Shown: positions 1 to 10,891 of the stretch, piece by piece | Layout: every line of letters begins with the position of its first letter | How positions within the stretch are numbered: the stretch's first letter is position 1 | NCBI RefSeq assembly: GCF_006345805.1 | Contig: NC_042997.1 | Coordinates: 211,668,001-211,732,000 of the forward strand | Reading direction: 5' to 3' | Origin: Octopus sinensis | Lineage: Eukaryota | DNA length: 64,000 nt | Made by a program: the position numbers and the translations under genes | Notes under the pieces: generated by a model | What the model was told of the DNA's origin: nothing | Database searches by the model: none | The model's input: the letters and a program-made list of their open reading frames with translations, nothing else

Positions 1-130
1 AGTTATTTTCTTGATTGCAAAAAGGTGAAAGGCAAAGGTGACCATGGCGGAATCTGAACTCAGAATGTAAAGACTGACAAACTGCCGCTAAGCATTTTCC
101 CAATCATGCTAACAATCCTACCAGCTTGCT
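1..130 (-). mobile_element. tRNA-derived SINE, family M (GGCGAGCTGGCAGAA head; GCCTTTCATCC central domain), partial
   Basis: Reverse match to the copies at 29041 and 44359. Confidence 0.7.
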
Positions 131-164
131 ACTGTATGAAATAATAATAATAACAATCTGGCAA

Positions 165-595
165 CCGTGTCGGTGGCACGTAAAAGCACCATCCGTTCGC
201 GTCCGTTGCCAGCCTCGGCTGGCCCCCGTGCCGGTGACACGTAAAAGCACCGTCCGTTCGTGGCCGGTTGCCAGCTCTGTCTGGCCCCGTGTCGGTGGCA
301 CGTAAAAGCACCATCCGTTCGTGTCCGTTGCCAGCATCGCCTGGCCCCGTGCCGGTGACACGTAAAAGCACCATCCGTTCGTGGCCGTTCGCCAGCTCTG
401 TCTGGCACCTGTGCAGGTGGCACGTAAAAAACACCCACTACACTCGCGGAGTGGTTGGCGTTAGGAAGGGCATCCAGCTGTAGAAACACTGCCAGATCTG
501 ACTGGGCCTGACGAAGCCTTCCAGCTTCACAGACCCCAGTTGACCCGTCCAACCCATGCTAGCATGGAAAGCGGACGCTAAACGATGATGATGAT
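165..595 (+). mobile_element. RTE-type LINE 3'UTR/tail copy
   Basis: Tandem GGTGGCACGTAAAAGCACC units, GGTTGGCGTTAGGAAGGGCATCC motif, (ATG)n tail. Confidence 0.85.
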
Positions 596-790
596 CATCG
601 TTTAATGTCTGCTTTCTATGCTGGCATGGGTTGGACAGTTTTACTGACGACTTGTGAGCCAGAAGGCTGCACCAGGCTCCAGTCTGATCTGGCAAAGTTT
701 CTACAGCTGGATGCCCTTCCTAACGCCAACCACTCCGAGAGTGTAATGAGTGCTTTTACGTGCCACTGGCACAACAGCCACGCTCGAAAA
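596..790 (-). mobile_element. RTE-type LINE tail copy, tail-to-tail with the previous copy
   Basis: Begins catcgtttaatgtc directly after the (ATG)n of the plus copy. Confidence 0.8.
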
Positions 791-868
791 TGGTGTTATT
801 CTACATTATTATTTGGTACAAAACAATTTGGCCAAAAAGAAATTATTTAATAATTTTATTTATGGATA

Positions 869-909
<41 letters not shown>

Positions 910-970
910 CTGCCAAAAGTAAATAGTTGTCTTAGAAACCAAAAACAAAAATAAATAAAAATATATTTAC

Positions 971-1126
971 CAGATTTTGCAAACATTTTCCTGATATTGC
1001 TAACAGCATTCATATAATCCGTAAAGTAAGGAATTGTATACATCTTGGGTCTGTTTGGCAGAGCATAAATCATGCTCTCATCAGCCATAAATGGAACCTT
1101 TTCAGGAAGAACAGCTGCCAAAATTG
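971..1126 (-). CDS. Amun: Amun-like protein, coding exon 4 (A-ILAAVLPEKVPFMADESMIYALPNRPKMYTIPYFTDYMNAVSNIRKMFAKS-G); gene continues left of the window
   Basis: Poly-T tract + taag acceptor at 1127, donor CTG|GTAAAT at 970; 156 bp, phase 1-1; PFMADE carries the Asp equivalent to the GPD aspartate. Confidence 0.85.
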
Positions 1127-1304
1127 CTTAAAAAAAAACAAAAAAAAAAAAGGTTTAAATTTTTTTTTAAAAAACCAGTAATAATTTAACAGCAAATTCT
1201 TAATTTCCATTATTTATCAAAAAGAAAAAGAGTTCATTATAACTGGTTTTATGCAAAAATCAAATTGTCATCATCATTATTGTCGTCGTCGTCGTCATCA
1301 TCAT

Positions 1305-1765
1305 CAATTAACATCTACATTTCCCTGATTGCCTGGGTTGGAGAGAATACAGTGAGACAGATTTTCTATGGCAGGGCGCTCTTCCTGCCAGTTACCCTCA
1401 CCTTTTTCCGAACAAGCTAATATTTCCTCTAAGACCACATGTAATTCCATGGGAGATTGGAAACAGAGGACACCGCTTGTATGACAGTGATTCTCATTTA
1501 CAGTCATTGCATGGTGTCAAGACAAGCACACACACACACACATGTATACATATGTGCACACACACACACACACACAGACTTGCAAACATACACACATGTA
1601 TATATACACACACACAACCCCCCCCCCACACATACACACAAATGCTTCTTTTACTCTCTGGCCACTAATTCCATTTGTAAGGCTTATGGCCTAAGGCTAT
1701 AGAAGAAGACACTTGCCCAAGGTGCCACACAGCAGAACTGAACCTGAAACCATGCGGTAGGTAAG
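1305..1765 (-). mobile_element. Composite SINE: OK-type tRNA head + CA tract + AGGAAGGGCATCC-type domain + RTE tail
   Basis: Same modular order as the copies at 33768 and 48800. Confidence 0.6.
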
Positions 1766-1974
1766 CAAAGCTGCAACTATTGAGAAATGGGTGTGAAAAA
1801 TAATCTACCACTGGAAACAATTCTTGTTAGTAGCCATTCATGTGAAATAGCAACTATTTTCAGCAATATTAATGAAGTTAAACAATGAGCAATATTATGT
1901 CTAAGATAGAAATTTCAATCTTTTTGTGAGTAACAAAACATAACCCAACAATTTGTTGTTCACCTGAGCCTTGG

Positions 1975-2960
1975 ATACAATAATGAAGAAATTTGGTTTC
2001 CCAGACAAGTTCATAAAGATGATGCATCGATTTCGTGATACCAAGATTATGTCTTGAATAATGGAGAATTCTTGGCATGTTTCACTGTAAACAATGCTGT
2101 CGAGCACCCACAGTCTTCACCTCAATGTTTAGGACAACGCTTCATGATGCATTCTCCCATGAAACATCTGGCATCCAGATCAGGTACAGATTTGATGGGG
2201 GTCATCCTCTCCAAGTGGTAGAGAGATTCAGTTTATTAAAGACATACCAAAAAGCTTTACCACTTCCACTTAACATGCTTACAAAAAGTTCCTAACATCA
2301 GGAGCCATGATAAAACTCTCAATGCAACTGTGCTCTGGAGAACTAATATGTCAAACATGTGAGATGATGATCACCATTCACGCGTTGGTCGTTGCCAGTG
2401 CTGGTGACATGTAAAAAGCACCATCCAAACGTGGTTGATGCCAGCCCAACTCCTGTGCAGGTGGTACATAAAAAGCACCCACTACACTCTCGGAGTGGTT
2501 GGTGTTAGGAAGGGAATCCAGCTGTAGAAACACTGTCAGATCAGATTGGAGCCTGGTGTGGCTTCCTGGCTTGCCAGACCCTAATCAAACCATCCAACCC
2601 AAGCCAGCATGGAAAACGGACAATTAACGATAATGATGTATGCTTTCCTGAGCAAATTCCAGCTGCAGTAGAATGGATATGTTGTGTGCAAGATGGATTT
2701 CAAGCTCTCCGAGTAAATCTTCTTTGGTGAACAAACAGTTGGCCCTTTGTGATGCTGTGGACCAACAAAGAAATACAAAGACACATTCAGGGGAACCTTG
2801 GAAAAAGTGCAGCTTCGACCAGTCTAATTGGGAACATCTTGCTTAGGATTGCTCACTGTGGAAAAGGGAGGTTGTGTACTCTGGAGTACAGTACTGCGAA
2901 TCTGATCTGACTAGAGAAGCTAAAGAGGGGAGAGCAGCAGGGGAAGCAAGAGTCCCACCG
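1975..2960 (+). mobile_element. Degenerate RTE-BovB-like reverse transcriptase fragment, interrupted by an RTE tail (2372-2638)
   Basis: Reads WTIMKKFGFPDKFIKMM, GIQIRYRFDGG and KKYKDT...NWEHLA with frameshifts. Confidence 0.7.
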
Positions 2961-3179
2961 GGTCCTGATTCGGTTGTTATGGGCCTCCATTGTAACCAGG
3001 GATCCCATGCCAAAATTGGCCTAAAATGTCACCTCAGGACCCAGAAAGTATGAAGCTAATAACCCAGTCATCTAAATACTATCAATATCTCAATGGCACC
3101 ACAAATACATTAAATCTGAACAATTTTTAGCAAAGGTTGAAGATCCAAAGAAGAGAATAACACCTCGTTGGCCCAGAAC

Positions 3180-3420
3180 TATTGGGTTGGTGCATAATTA
3201 TTGTGGCTTTTTATCGATAAATTTTATTCAACAAAAACAATAACAACATTTAACAAAAACATCTTTAAATGACGGTCTGACCGTCTGTCTAGCAAATGGA
3301 AAGCAGTAATTGAAGTAGATAGTGAATATGCTCCAGAATAATCATTTAAAGATGTTTTTGTTATGTGTTGTTATCGTTTTTGCTGAAAAAAAAAGGTCCA
3401 CAATAATTATGAACCAACCT
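3180..3420. mobile_element. Mariner-derived MITE with ~100 bp inverted arms
   Basis: TATTGGGTTGGTGCATAATTATTG matches caataattatgaaccaacc in reverse; centre encodes the mariner C-terminus (DRLSSKWKAVIEVDSEYAPE*). Confidence 0.75.
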
Positions 3421-3632
3421 TTTACAAAGACAAAACTTGCTTCTCTCTTCCTCATCTCCTATCAATACTTAAATTGTTCTTTACTCTTTTCATTAGACTC
3501 CCTCACCATTCATTCGCCCTCACTGGAACCCTAACCACACCAACCCTCAGCAATTTTCTGCCCAATGTTGACCTAAAAATGCCCAAACATGTAAATCGCA
3601 TCCATTTTATTCATTCACATTTTAGTGAAACA

Positions 3633-4020
3633 TGTCGCCTTACTGGCACTTGCGCCTGTGCTAGTAGGGTGCCAAGGGCACCACCCGAGTGTGATCGTTG
3701 CCAGTGGCACGTAAAAGGGCACCATTCGAGCGTGATCGTTACCAACGTCACCTTACTGGCACCTGTGCCGGTGGCATGTGTAAAAAGATTCAAGTGAGGT
3801 CGTTGCCAGTATCGCCTGACTGGCCCCTGTGCCAGTGGCACGTAAAAAGCACCCACTACACTCTCGGAGTGGTTGGCGTTAGGAAGGGCATCCAGCTGTA
3901 GAAACTCTACTAAATCAAGATTGGAGCCTGGTGCAGCCATCTGGTTAGCCAGCCCTCAGTCAAAATCGTCCAACCCATGCTAGCATGGAAAGCGGACGTT
4001 AAACGATGATGATGATGATG
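3633..4020 (+). mobile_element. RTE-type LINE 3'UTR/tail copy in Amun intron 3
   Basis: Same motifs; (ATG)n tail ends 48 nt from the exon 3 donor. Confidence 0.85.
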
Positions 4021-4068
4021 TGGCTTTAAAATCTATTTGTCAAACAAATTAATATTTAAGGAACCCAC

Positions 4069-4228
4069 CTGAGGCTGTTGCAGGGCCCACTGCTTTCAAT
4101 GTTGTCAAAGTTTTCATGGCTGTAATCACATCTGGCAGTTGTTTGAAAGCTCTGCTACTCACACATTCCACTTGTTCAGCTTCATTACTCTTCACCAGTT
4201 CTGTGAGGCGGGGACGGAATTTCCCACG
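4069..4228 (-). CDS. Amun: Amun-like protein, coding exon 3 (RGKFRPRLTELVKSN...LTTLKAVGPATAS), helix-hairpin-helix motif
   Basis: Acceptor aaacag at 4229, donor TCAG|GTGGGT at 4068; 160 bp; LKAVGPATA matches the HhH consensus L.GVG..TA. Confidence 0.85.
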
Positions 4229-4406
4229 CTGTTTCATAGTTTGTTTTTTTTTAAATAAAAACAATAGTTGACATTAGGTATCACTAGACTGCCATACGAA
4301 CATGCAAAAACACACTTTCTGCTTCATCATTTTACAGCAAAATAAATATTTTCCATGGAAAATTATAAATCATTTGAAAGTTCTGGATGTGAAGTTTCTT
4401 CTCATA

Positions 4407-4822
4407 TACCTATTTCTTTATTGCCCACAGGGGGCTAAAAACAGAGAGGACAAACAAGGAGAGACAAACGGATTAAGTCGATTATATCGACCCCAGTGCA
4501 TAACTGGTACTTAATTTATCGACCCCGAAAGGATGAAAGGCAAAGTCGACCTTGGCGGAATTTGAACTCAGAACGTAACGGCAAACGAAATACCTATTTC
4601 TTTACTACCCACAAGGGGCTAAACACAGAGAGGACAAACAAGGACAGACAAACTGATTAAGTTGATTATGTCGACCCCTGTGTGTAACTGGTACTTATTT
4701 AATCGACCCCGAAAGAATGAAAGGCAAAGTCGACCTCGGCAGAATTTGAACTCAGAATGTAACGGCAGATGAAATACTCCTAAGCATCTCGCCCAGCGTG
4801 CTAACATTTCTGCCAGCTCGCC
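4407..4822 (-). mobile_element. Dimeric family-M SINE
   Basis: Two monomers joined at gaaatacctatttc. Confidence 0.8.
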
Positions 4823-5089
4823 TTTCTTCTCATATAGCTTTAATTAAAATCTGACGATTACATACTATATCAGCGTCCCTCAAACACCCCAGTATTTCTA
4901 TACATTTACAAAGTTTGTCTTTTTCTTTTGACTGCTGAATGGTAGCCCTTGTTGTATTGCACTGGAGTGCAATAAGTTGAGTTGTGTTGAAAACCATACA
5001 ATCATGAAAAGAAATGTTGTCCTGTAGGAACCAACAGGTTGTCTTCCTCTCTTTCGTCAAAAGCTTTGAGTAATACATCTCTGAATCTC

Positions 5090-5335
5090 TGTCCATTCGT
5101 AGGATCTTTAAGCTTCCAGAGTCTTCTCCTCCATGCTGGTCGTCTTCTGGGCATCTATTTAGCCCTGATCCTGAAGTTGCTAACTACCAATCTATGTTGT
5201 GGGGTGCATTCTTCACCTAGGATGGTTTTAGCATTTATAAGCAGCCATCTTTCCTGTTTTCTGGTGAGGATGTAGTCAATCTGACTAGTGTGTCTGCCAG
5301 ATCGGTAGGTGACTAGGTGGCATGGTAACCGGTTA
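5090..5335 (-). mobile_element. RTE-type AP-endonuclease C-terminal fragment
   Basis: SQIDYILTRK...EECTPQHRLVVSNFRI. Confidence 0.7.
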
Positions 5336-5903
5336 TAAAGAAGTTCAATGTACAGTGTCCATGTAACTGAATACAATTGTATATTTATAATGCTGTGCAT
5401 ACATATCAATGGAAACATGTATGCATAATTTCTTCCATACTGAAATTAATGCTACATGAAGAAGGCTGTGAAACAGCTGTAAGGCTATGGAATTTTCTGT
5501 CAGTCAAATTCACAAACAAATTTTCAATGCTTTGACCAGTTTGAAGCTAGAGTGGAAAACACTTGTCCCAAGGTACTGTCTAGTAGGACTGAACCTGGAA
5601 CCATGTGGTTGAAAAGTGAATTTCTTAATCACACAGTAATACTCACACACGTTAGTAATCAAAGGTTTTGTTTAACCCAAAGCCAACTTTGACCACACAA
5701 ACCTATGATCAAAGACATTCTGTATATGACCATCTCATTTTAATGTATGCAGAACTACACTAACCAGTGTGCCTTCTTCATATAGTAGAGTGTGATACAA
5801 AGAGGAATGCTTTGGCTGTTACTTCTAGCAAGTGAAGTTAGAGTGTAGAGGCTCCCTAGTTGGCTCATAAAAACAATTTTTTTAAACAAATGTAATTTCT
5901 TAC

Positions 5904-5997
5904 GGTCAATTTCCATTGCATCAATTTACAAAGTTCGTCATGTTTTATACATTTGGTCTGTCTTTCATTAATGGCAGCAGGCAGCTCATTTTGGTAC
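5904..5997 (-). CDS. Amun: Amun-like protein, coding exon 2 (YQNELPAAINERQTKCIKHDELCKLMQWKLT)
   Basis: Acceptor ctctctttctag at 5998, donor ACC|GTAAGA at 5903; 94 bp; the EL.KLM.WKL motif continues into RGKFRP of exon 3. Confidence 0.85.
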
Positions 5998-6100
5998 CTA
6001 GAAAGAGAGTCATAAATGGAAAGAGTAAGAAAAAGAGGGAGAGGGTGGGAGGGACAGAAAGTTACTACCTTTGTCAAAGGTAGTGTGTGTGTATGTGTGT

Positions 6101-6705
6101 ATCATCATCATCATCATCATCGTTTAACGTCCGCTTTCCATGCTAGCATGGGTTGGACGGTTCAACTGGGGTCTGGGAAGCCCGAAGGCTGCACCAGGCC
6201 AGTCAGATGTGGCAGTGTTTCTACAGCTGGATGCCCTTCCTAACGCCAACCACTCCGAGAGTGTAGTGGGTGATTTTATGTGCCACCGACACAGGTGCCA
6301 GACGAGGCTGGCAGACGGCCACGCTCGGATGGTGTTTTTTATGTGCCACCGACACAGGTGCCAGACGAGGCTGGCAGACGGCCACGCTCGGATGGTGTTT
6401 TTTTATGTGCCACCGACACAGGTGCCAGACGAGGCTGGCAGACGGCCACGCTCGGATGGTGTTTTTTATGTGCCACCGACACAGGTGCCAGACGAGGCTG
6501 GCAGACGGCCACGCTCGGATGGTGTTTTCTTATGTGTCACCGACACAGGTGCTAGACGAGGCTGGCGGACGGCCACGCTCGGATGGTGTTTGTTACGTGC
6601 CCTCAGCACGGAGGCCAGTCATTGCGGTACTGGCTACGGTCACGTTCGGATGGTTTTCTTATGTGCCACCGGCACTGGTACCACAAGGATACAAATTCCA
6701 TTGAT
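6101..6705 (-). mobile_element. RTE-type LINE 3'UTR/tail copy with five near-identical 63-64 bp units
   Basis: Units start at 6278, 6341, 6405, 6468 and 6532. Confidence 0.9.
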
Positions 6706-6726
6706 ATATATATATATATATATATA

Positions 6727-6904
6727 TAGGCGCAGGAGTGGCTGTGTGGTAAGTAGCTTGCTTACCAACCACATGGTTGCGGGTTCAGTCCCACTGCGTG
6801 GCATCTTGGGCAAGTGTCTTCTGCTATAGCCCCGGGCCGACCAATGCCTTGTGAGTGGATTTGGTAGACGGAAACTGAAAGAAGCCTGTCGTATATATGT
6901 ATAT

Positions 6905-6955
<51 letters not shown>

Positions 6956-7000
6956 TTGTGTGTCTGTGTTTGTCCCCCTAGCATTGCTTGACAACCGATG
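6727..7000 (+). mobile_element. OK-type tRNA SINE (TAGGCGCAGGAGTGGCTGTGTGGTAAG head), 3' truncated
   Basis: A/B-box-like head and internal TA/TG microsatellite. Confidence 0.85.
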
Positions 7001-7343
7001 AATAAAAGAATATATCATCATCATCATCATCATATATATCTATAATATAAATTGGAGATGGGCGATCGTTGTATTCTTTCTTGTCTTGAGGTTCACAGCC
7101 AAATGGCTGGGTAGATTCACGTGAAAAATGGCACACCTGTGGAGACGGGTGCATAGACTAGAAAATTTTATACGATGACCTCACATTTTCTATGTATGTG
7201 TGTGCACCTTAAAAGATATCAATCATCACGACACACACCTTCACTCACTCTATCTCTCTTTCTTTCTGCACACACAATTTCTGCTATCTGCAAATAAAAT
7301 TTTTACAGATACAACTGCTTACAAAAATAGGGATTTATATACA

Positions 7344-7729
7344 ACTAGCAGTATCGCCCGGCGTTGCTCGGGTTTGTAAGGGAAATAACTATAAAGCATT
7401 TTTAGAGAGTTATAGCCAAAAAATGCATTAAAAATGGGAAAAAAATTATGGTATTTTTTTTTTAAATCGTTGACTCATCATAGACATTTTTAGAGAGTTA
7501 CTTCCCTTATATAATAGCGAAAAAATGCATTAAAATGGAAAAAAATGATGGTAAATTTTTTTAATAATCGTAGACTCATCGTAGACGCGCACTAATACCC
7601 AGAAGGGCTCGATATGAATCACGACTATAAGATACCCGGTTTTGGTTAAACTGCACCGCAAAATGTGGGAGTAGTTAGGAATCTAAATCGTAGGAAACAG
7701 AGAGCACACAACCTCTCTTTTATAAAGAT
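7344..7729 (+). mobile_element. Helentron/Helitron-like non-autonomous element (ACTAGCAGTATCGCCCGGCGTTGCTCGGG start)
   Basis: Three copies in the window with the same termini (also 30362 and 46652). Confidence 0.65.
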
Positions 7730-7959
7730 TTCTTTCTATGTTCATAATTAAATCAATGTTTTAATGATCAGACAGGGATCCAATAGAATAGCTCTCAGAA
7801 ACAGACTATGTACAGATTTGTTCTTCACAACTTCTGAAGCTCTTTTCTGACAAGGGGGGGGGGAATCAGGAAATTTTCATACAGCTGCAGGTTCCAATCG
7901 AAAGAGGGGACCCGAAATGATAAGGTTGAGAAATGCTGTTATAGATTATGCCTAACCGA

Positions 7960-8017
7960 AAACGATCACAGCCACATCATCCAAACAGACCGGGTGAAAC
8001 CAGGCTTAGCTGCTAGT
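7960..8017 (+). mobile_element. Helitron 3' end remnant
   Basis: ccgggtgaaaccagg hairpin ~10 nt before CTAG|T. Confidence 0.5.
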
Positions 8018-8022
8018 ATATA

Positions 8023-8213
8023 TCATCATCATCATCATCATCTAACGTCCGTTCTCCATGCTAGCATGGGTTGGACAGTTCGACCGGAGATCTGGGAAGC
8101 CAGAAGGCTGCACCAGGCTCCAGTCTGATCTGGCAGATCAAGACTGGAGTCTGGTGCAGCCATCTGGTTTGCCAGACCTCAGTCAAAAGCGGATGTTAAA
8201 TGATGACGATGAT
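8023..8213. mobile_element. Fold-back RTE tail with (CAT)n at the left end and (ATG)n at the right end
   Basis: Pivot at ~8133; gctgcaccaggctccagtctgatctg is inverted as cagatcaagactggagtctggtgcagc. Confidence 0.7.
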
Positions 8214-8224
8214 ATGAGGGAGAC

Positions 8225-8685
8225 CTAACCTGTGGCCTTTACCTGGGATGTAGCCAGTCCACTTATGCATACCTTTCCTTCTTGGGACACAAAACTCTGC
8301 TTGCGAAGACCTGTTGAGGCAAGTGAAATCGAAATCGATCAAAAATCAATGGAAATTGTAGTTGTGATACCAGCGACGGTAAAAGAACCATCTGATCGTG
8401 GCCATTGCCAACGCCGCCTCGTCTGGCCTCCGTACCAGTGGCACGTAAAAAGCACCAACCGATCGTGGCCGTTGCCAGCCTTGCCTGTCACCTGTGCCAG
8501 TGGCACGTAAAAAGCACCCACTACACTCACGAGTGGTTGGCGTTAGGAAGGGCATCCAGCTGTAGAAACACTGCCAAATCAGACTGGGCCTGGTGCAGCC
8601 TCCTGGCTTCCCAGACCCCGGTCGAACCGTCCAACCCATGCTATCATGGAAAGCGAACGTTAAACGATGATGATGATGATAGTCA
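8225..8685 (+). mobile_element. RTE-type LINE 3'UTR/tail copy
   Basis: Same motifs and (ATG)n tail. Confidence 0.85.
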
Positions 8686-9039
8686 TGATATTCTCTTGCA
8701 GCCTCACTCAAACTTTCAGTTCTGTTTCCATTCGTTTGTCTCTTTCTAGCAACCACTGCTCACCCTTATATAATCTGGGGATAGCTACATATCTTCTCTA
8801 AATCAAGACATTTGTACATATTCCCCTATCACATTTTAGTCCCTCAACACTTGGCATGAAGCCTAAAGAATGCCTAAAACCCTTTTTTTTTCGGTTTAGA
8901 TGCTGGGTATGAGTTGAGGGAAACTTGGCTGCTATTCCTAGCATGTAGAGTAACCAGGTAGAGTAATTCTTTCAGAAATTCAACGACAGTGCAAAGTGGC
9001 CTATGTGACGTGGAGCCAGCTTGGTCTACCCCTGCAGAT

Positions 9040-9620
9040 ATCCACCTGCCTTTTCCTTTTATAGATGTCCAGTCCCTCTATAACAAATGGGATGCCATCC
9101 AGTGCAGCAAGATCTTCCTTCGATGGGTTCATGCATCGTCTTGACCAGCAGGTTTCCGCTTGGCCTCCTAGCTCCCAAGATGGTAGATGGCTCAATGCAG
9201 TGCCATCACTCTTGACTGTTCACGAATTGGGGTTTCCTTGACCACTGGCCTCACAAATGTTGCTGTGGATTCTCTCAGCCTCCATCCATTGCCGTACCAC
9301 TATAATTGCTGGCTGGCTGCCCTCCCTATCATGCTGCTCTCAATGAGATCATAAAGCATGGTCTATACGCTGCAGGGTTCTCTTCCCAGCTCGGGTCAGT
9401 GAGGCTGGACAGGTAGGTCTCGCAACACCTCCAGTGGCAAACTGATGGCTTTGCTGCTCATCACGCTGGTATTCTTGGTCCCTGGACTACGTCCCTTTTC
9501 ACTACTACCGGGGCTGCGATGGCTATCTGCAAATGCAAGCCCCGTGAGTCGGAGTGGCCATTCCAGTGCACCTCCCTCACCATCCTCCAGGGAAATCCCT
9601 TTTTCCATTTGTTCATCGAG
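9040..9620 (+). mobile_element. Degenerate CRE-clade non-LTR retrotransposon, restriction-like endonuclease region
   Basis: WLNAVPS, HAALNEIIKHGLYAAGFSSQL and RESEWPFQCTSLTILQGN in the expected order. Confidence 0.6.
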
Positions 9621-9775
9621 ATCATGAGGCAGACTAACAAGTCTTTCTTTTTTTTAGTTATGGCTGTTGTATTCGTTAAGGGCACACATCTTTTTACAAC
9701 TATTCTGCATAGTTGAGGAGAGATGGGTGAATTGAGAAGGATTAGAGAGGAGGGGAGTAGCTGAAGATGAAACAA

Positions 9776-10195
9776 TCATCATCATCATTTAGCGTCCGCT
9801 TTCCATGCTAGCATGGGTTGGACGGTTCAACTGGGGTCTGTGAAGCCAGGAGGCTGCACCAGGCTCCAGTCTGATCTGGCAGAATTTCTACAGCTGGATG
9901 CCCTTCCTAACGCCAACCACTCCGAGAGTGTAGTGGGTGCTTTTTACGTGCCACCCGCACAGGTGCCAGACGGAGCTGGCAAACGGCCACGAACGAATGG
10001 TGCTTTTACGTGCCACCGGCACGGGAGCCAGGCGAGGCTGGCAACGGCCACGAACGGATGGTGTTACGTGCCACCGGCACGGGGGCCAGGCGAGGCTGGC
10101 AACGGACACGAACGGATGGTGCTTTTACGTGCCACCGGCACGGAGGCCAGTCGGGGCGACTCTGGCAACGGCCACGATCGGATGGCAATAAATTT
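9776..10195 (-). mobile_element. RTE-type LINE 3'UTR/tail copy
   Basis: Same motifs. Confidence 0.85.
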
Positions 10196-10419
10196 GAGAC
10201 AATAAATATGTTGTTTCATGTATAAAATACAGTAACAAAAGATTTATTAATTGGCGGAGGTAAAGAGTACGAACACCACCCGTTTTCGGCTTAACAAAAA
10301 CACTAACCCGAAACCTAAACACCGGGTGTACGTATTCTTTACTTTCGTCTATTAATTATCGGTTTAGTCAAGATAATATAGTTATACTAGTTAACGAGCA
10401 GCTGGGATGAAGGTAGGTT

Positions 10420-10891
10420 GGTACCACTAGCGAACAGTGGTCCCGGTGCGCACACTCGCGCTAGCTAGTCGTAAGTAGTCGATCCTACAACGACTTGCGC
10501 GTATGTTTCTATTTCAAGGCTGAATACATATCAAAGAAAAATAATATTTTTCGGACAAAGTAAATGATTTTTTAAGGAAATAAATGGCGATCCGTCTGTA
10601 TAAGTACCGTAAGTACTGGAAGTGGCTTTGTTTACATTTCTGAAGATAACAGAAACCCTATGCTTCCCCCCCCCCATATATATATATATATATATAAAAA
10701 ACCCTTTCTCGAAATGTATCCGGTACCTATACCGAAGTTACGCCCAAATTATTTATTTTGTTTAACAAAAACTTATTTATTTTGTGGGCAATGTGTTTTA
10801 TTTACTTTGCTAGGTAGTCGTTGTAGGATCGACTAGTCACGACTAGCTAGCGCGGATGCGCGCACCGGGACCACTGTTCGCTAGTAGTACC
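10420..10891. mobile_element. TIR element (GGTACYACTAGCGAACAGTGG ~75 bp TIR), MULE-like MITE, no TSD visible
   Basis: TIRs at 10420-10495 and 10817-10891; same TIR as the 27550 copy. Confidence 0.75.

Noticed and set aside
104-850. Many 60-230 aa ORFs with repeated CHRHG / FYVPP motifs (also 6140, 9813, 61366, 62874)
   Set aside because: Alternative-frame translations of the RTE 3'UTR tandem units, not genes.
6278-6595. CRISPR-like regular repeats
   Set aside because: Units are contiguous and near-identical with no unique spacers; part of a LINE 3'UTR; eukaryotic context with no cas genes.
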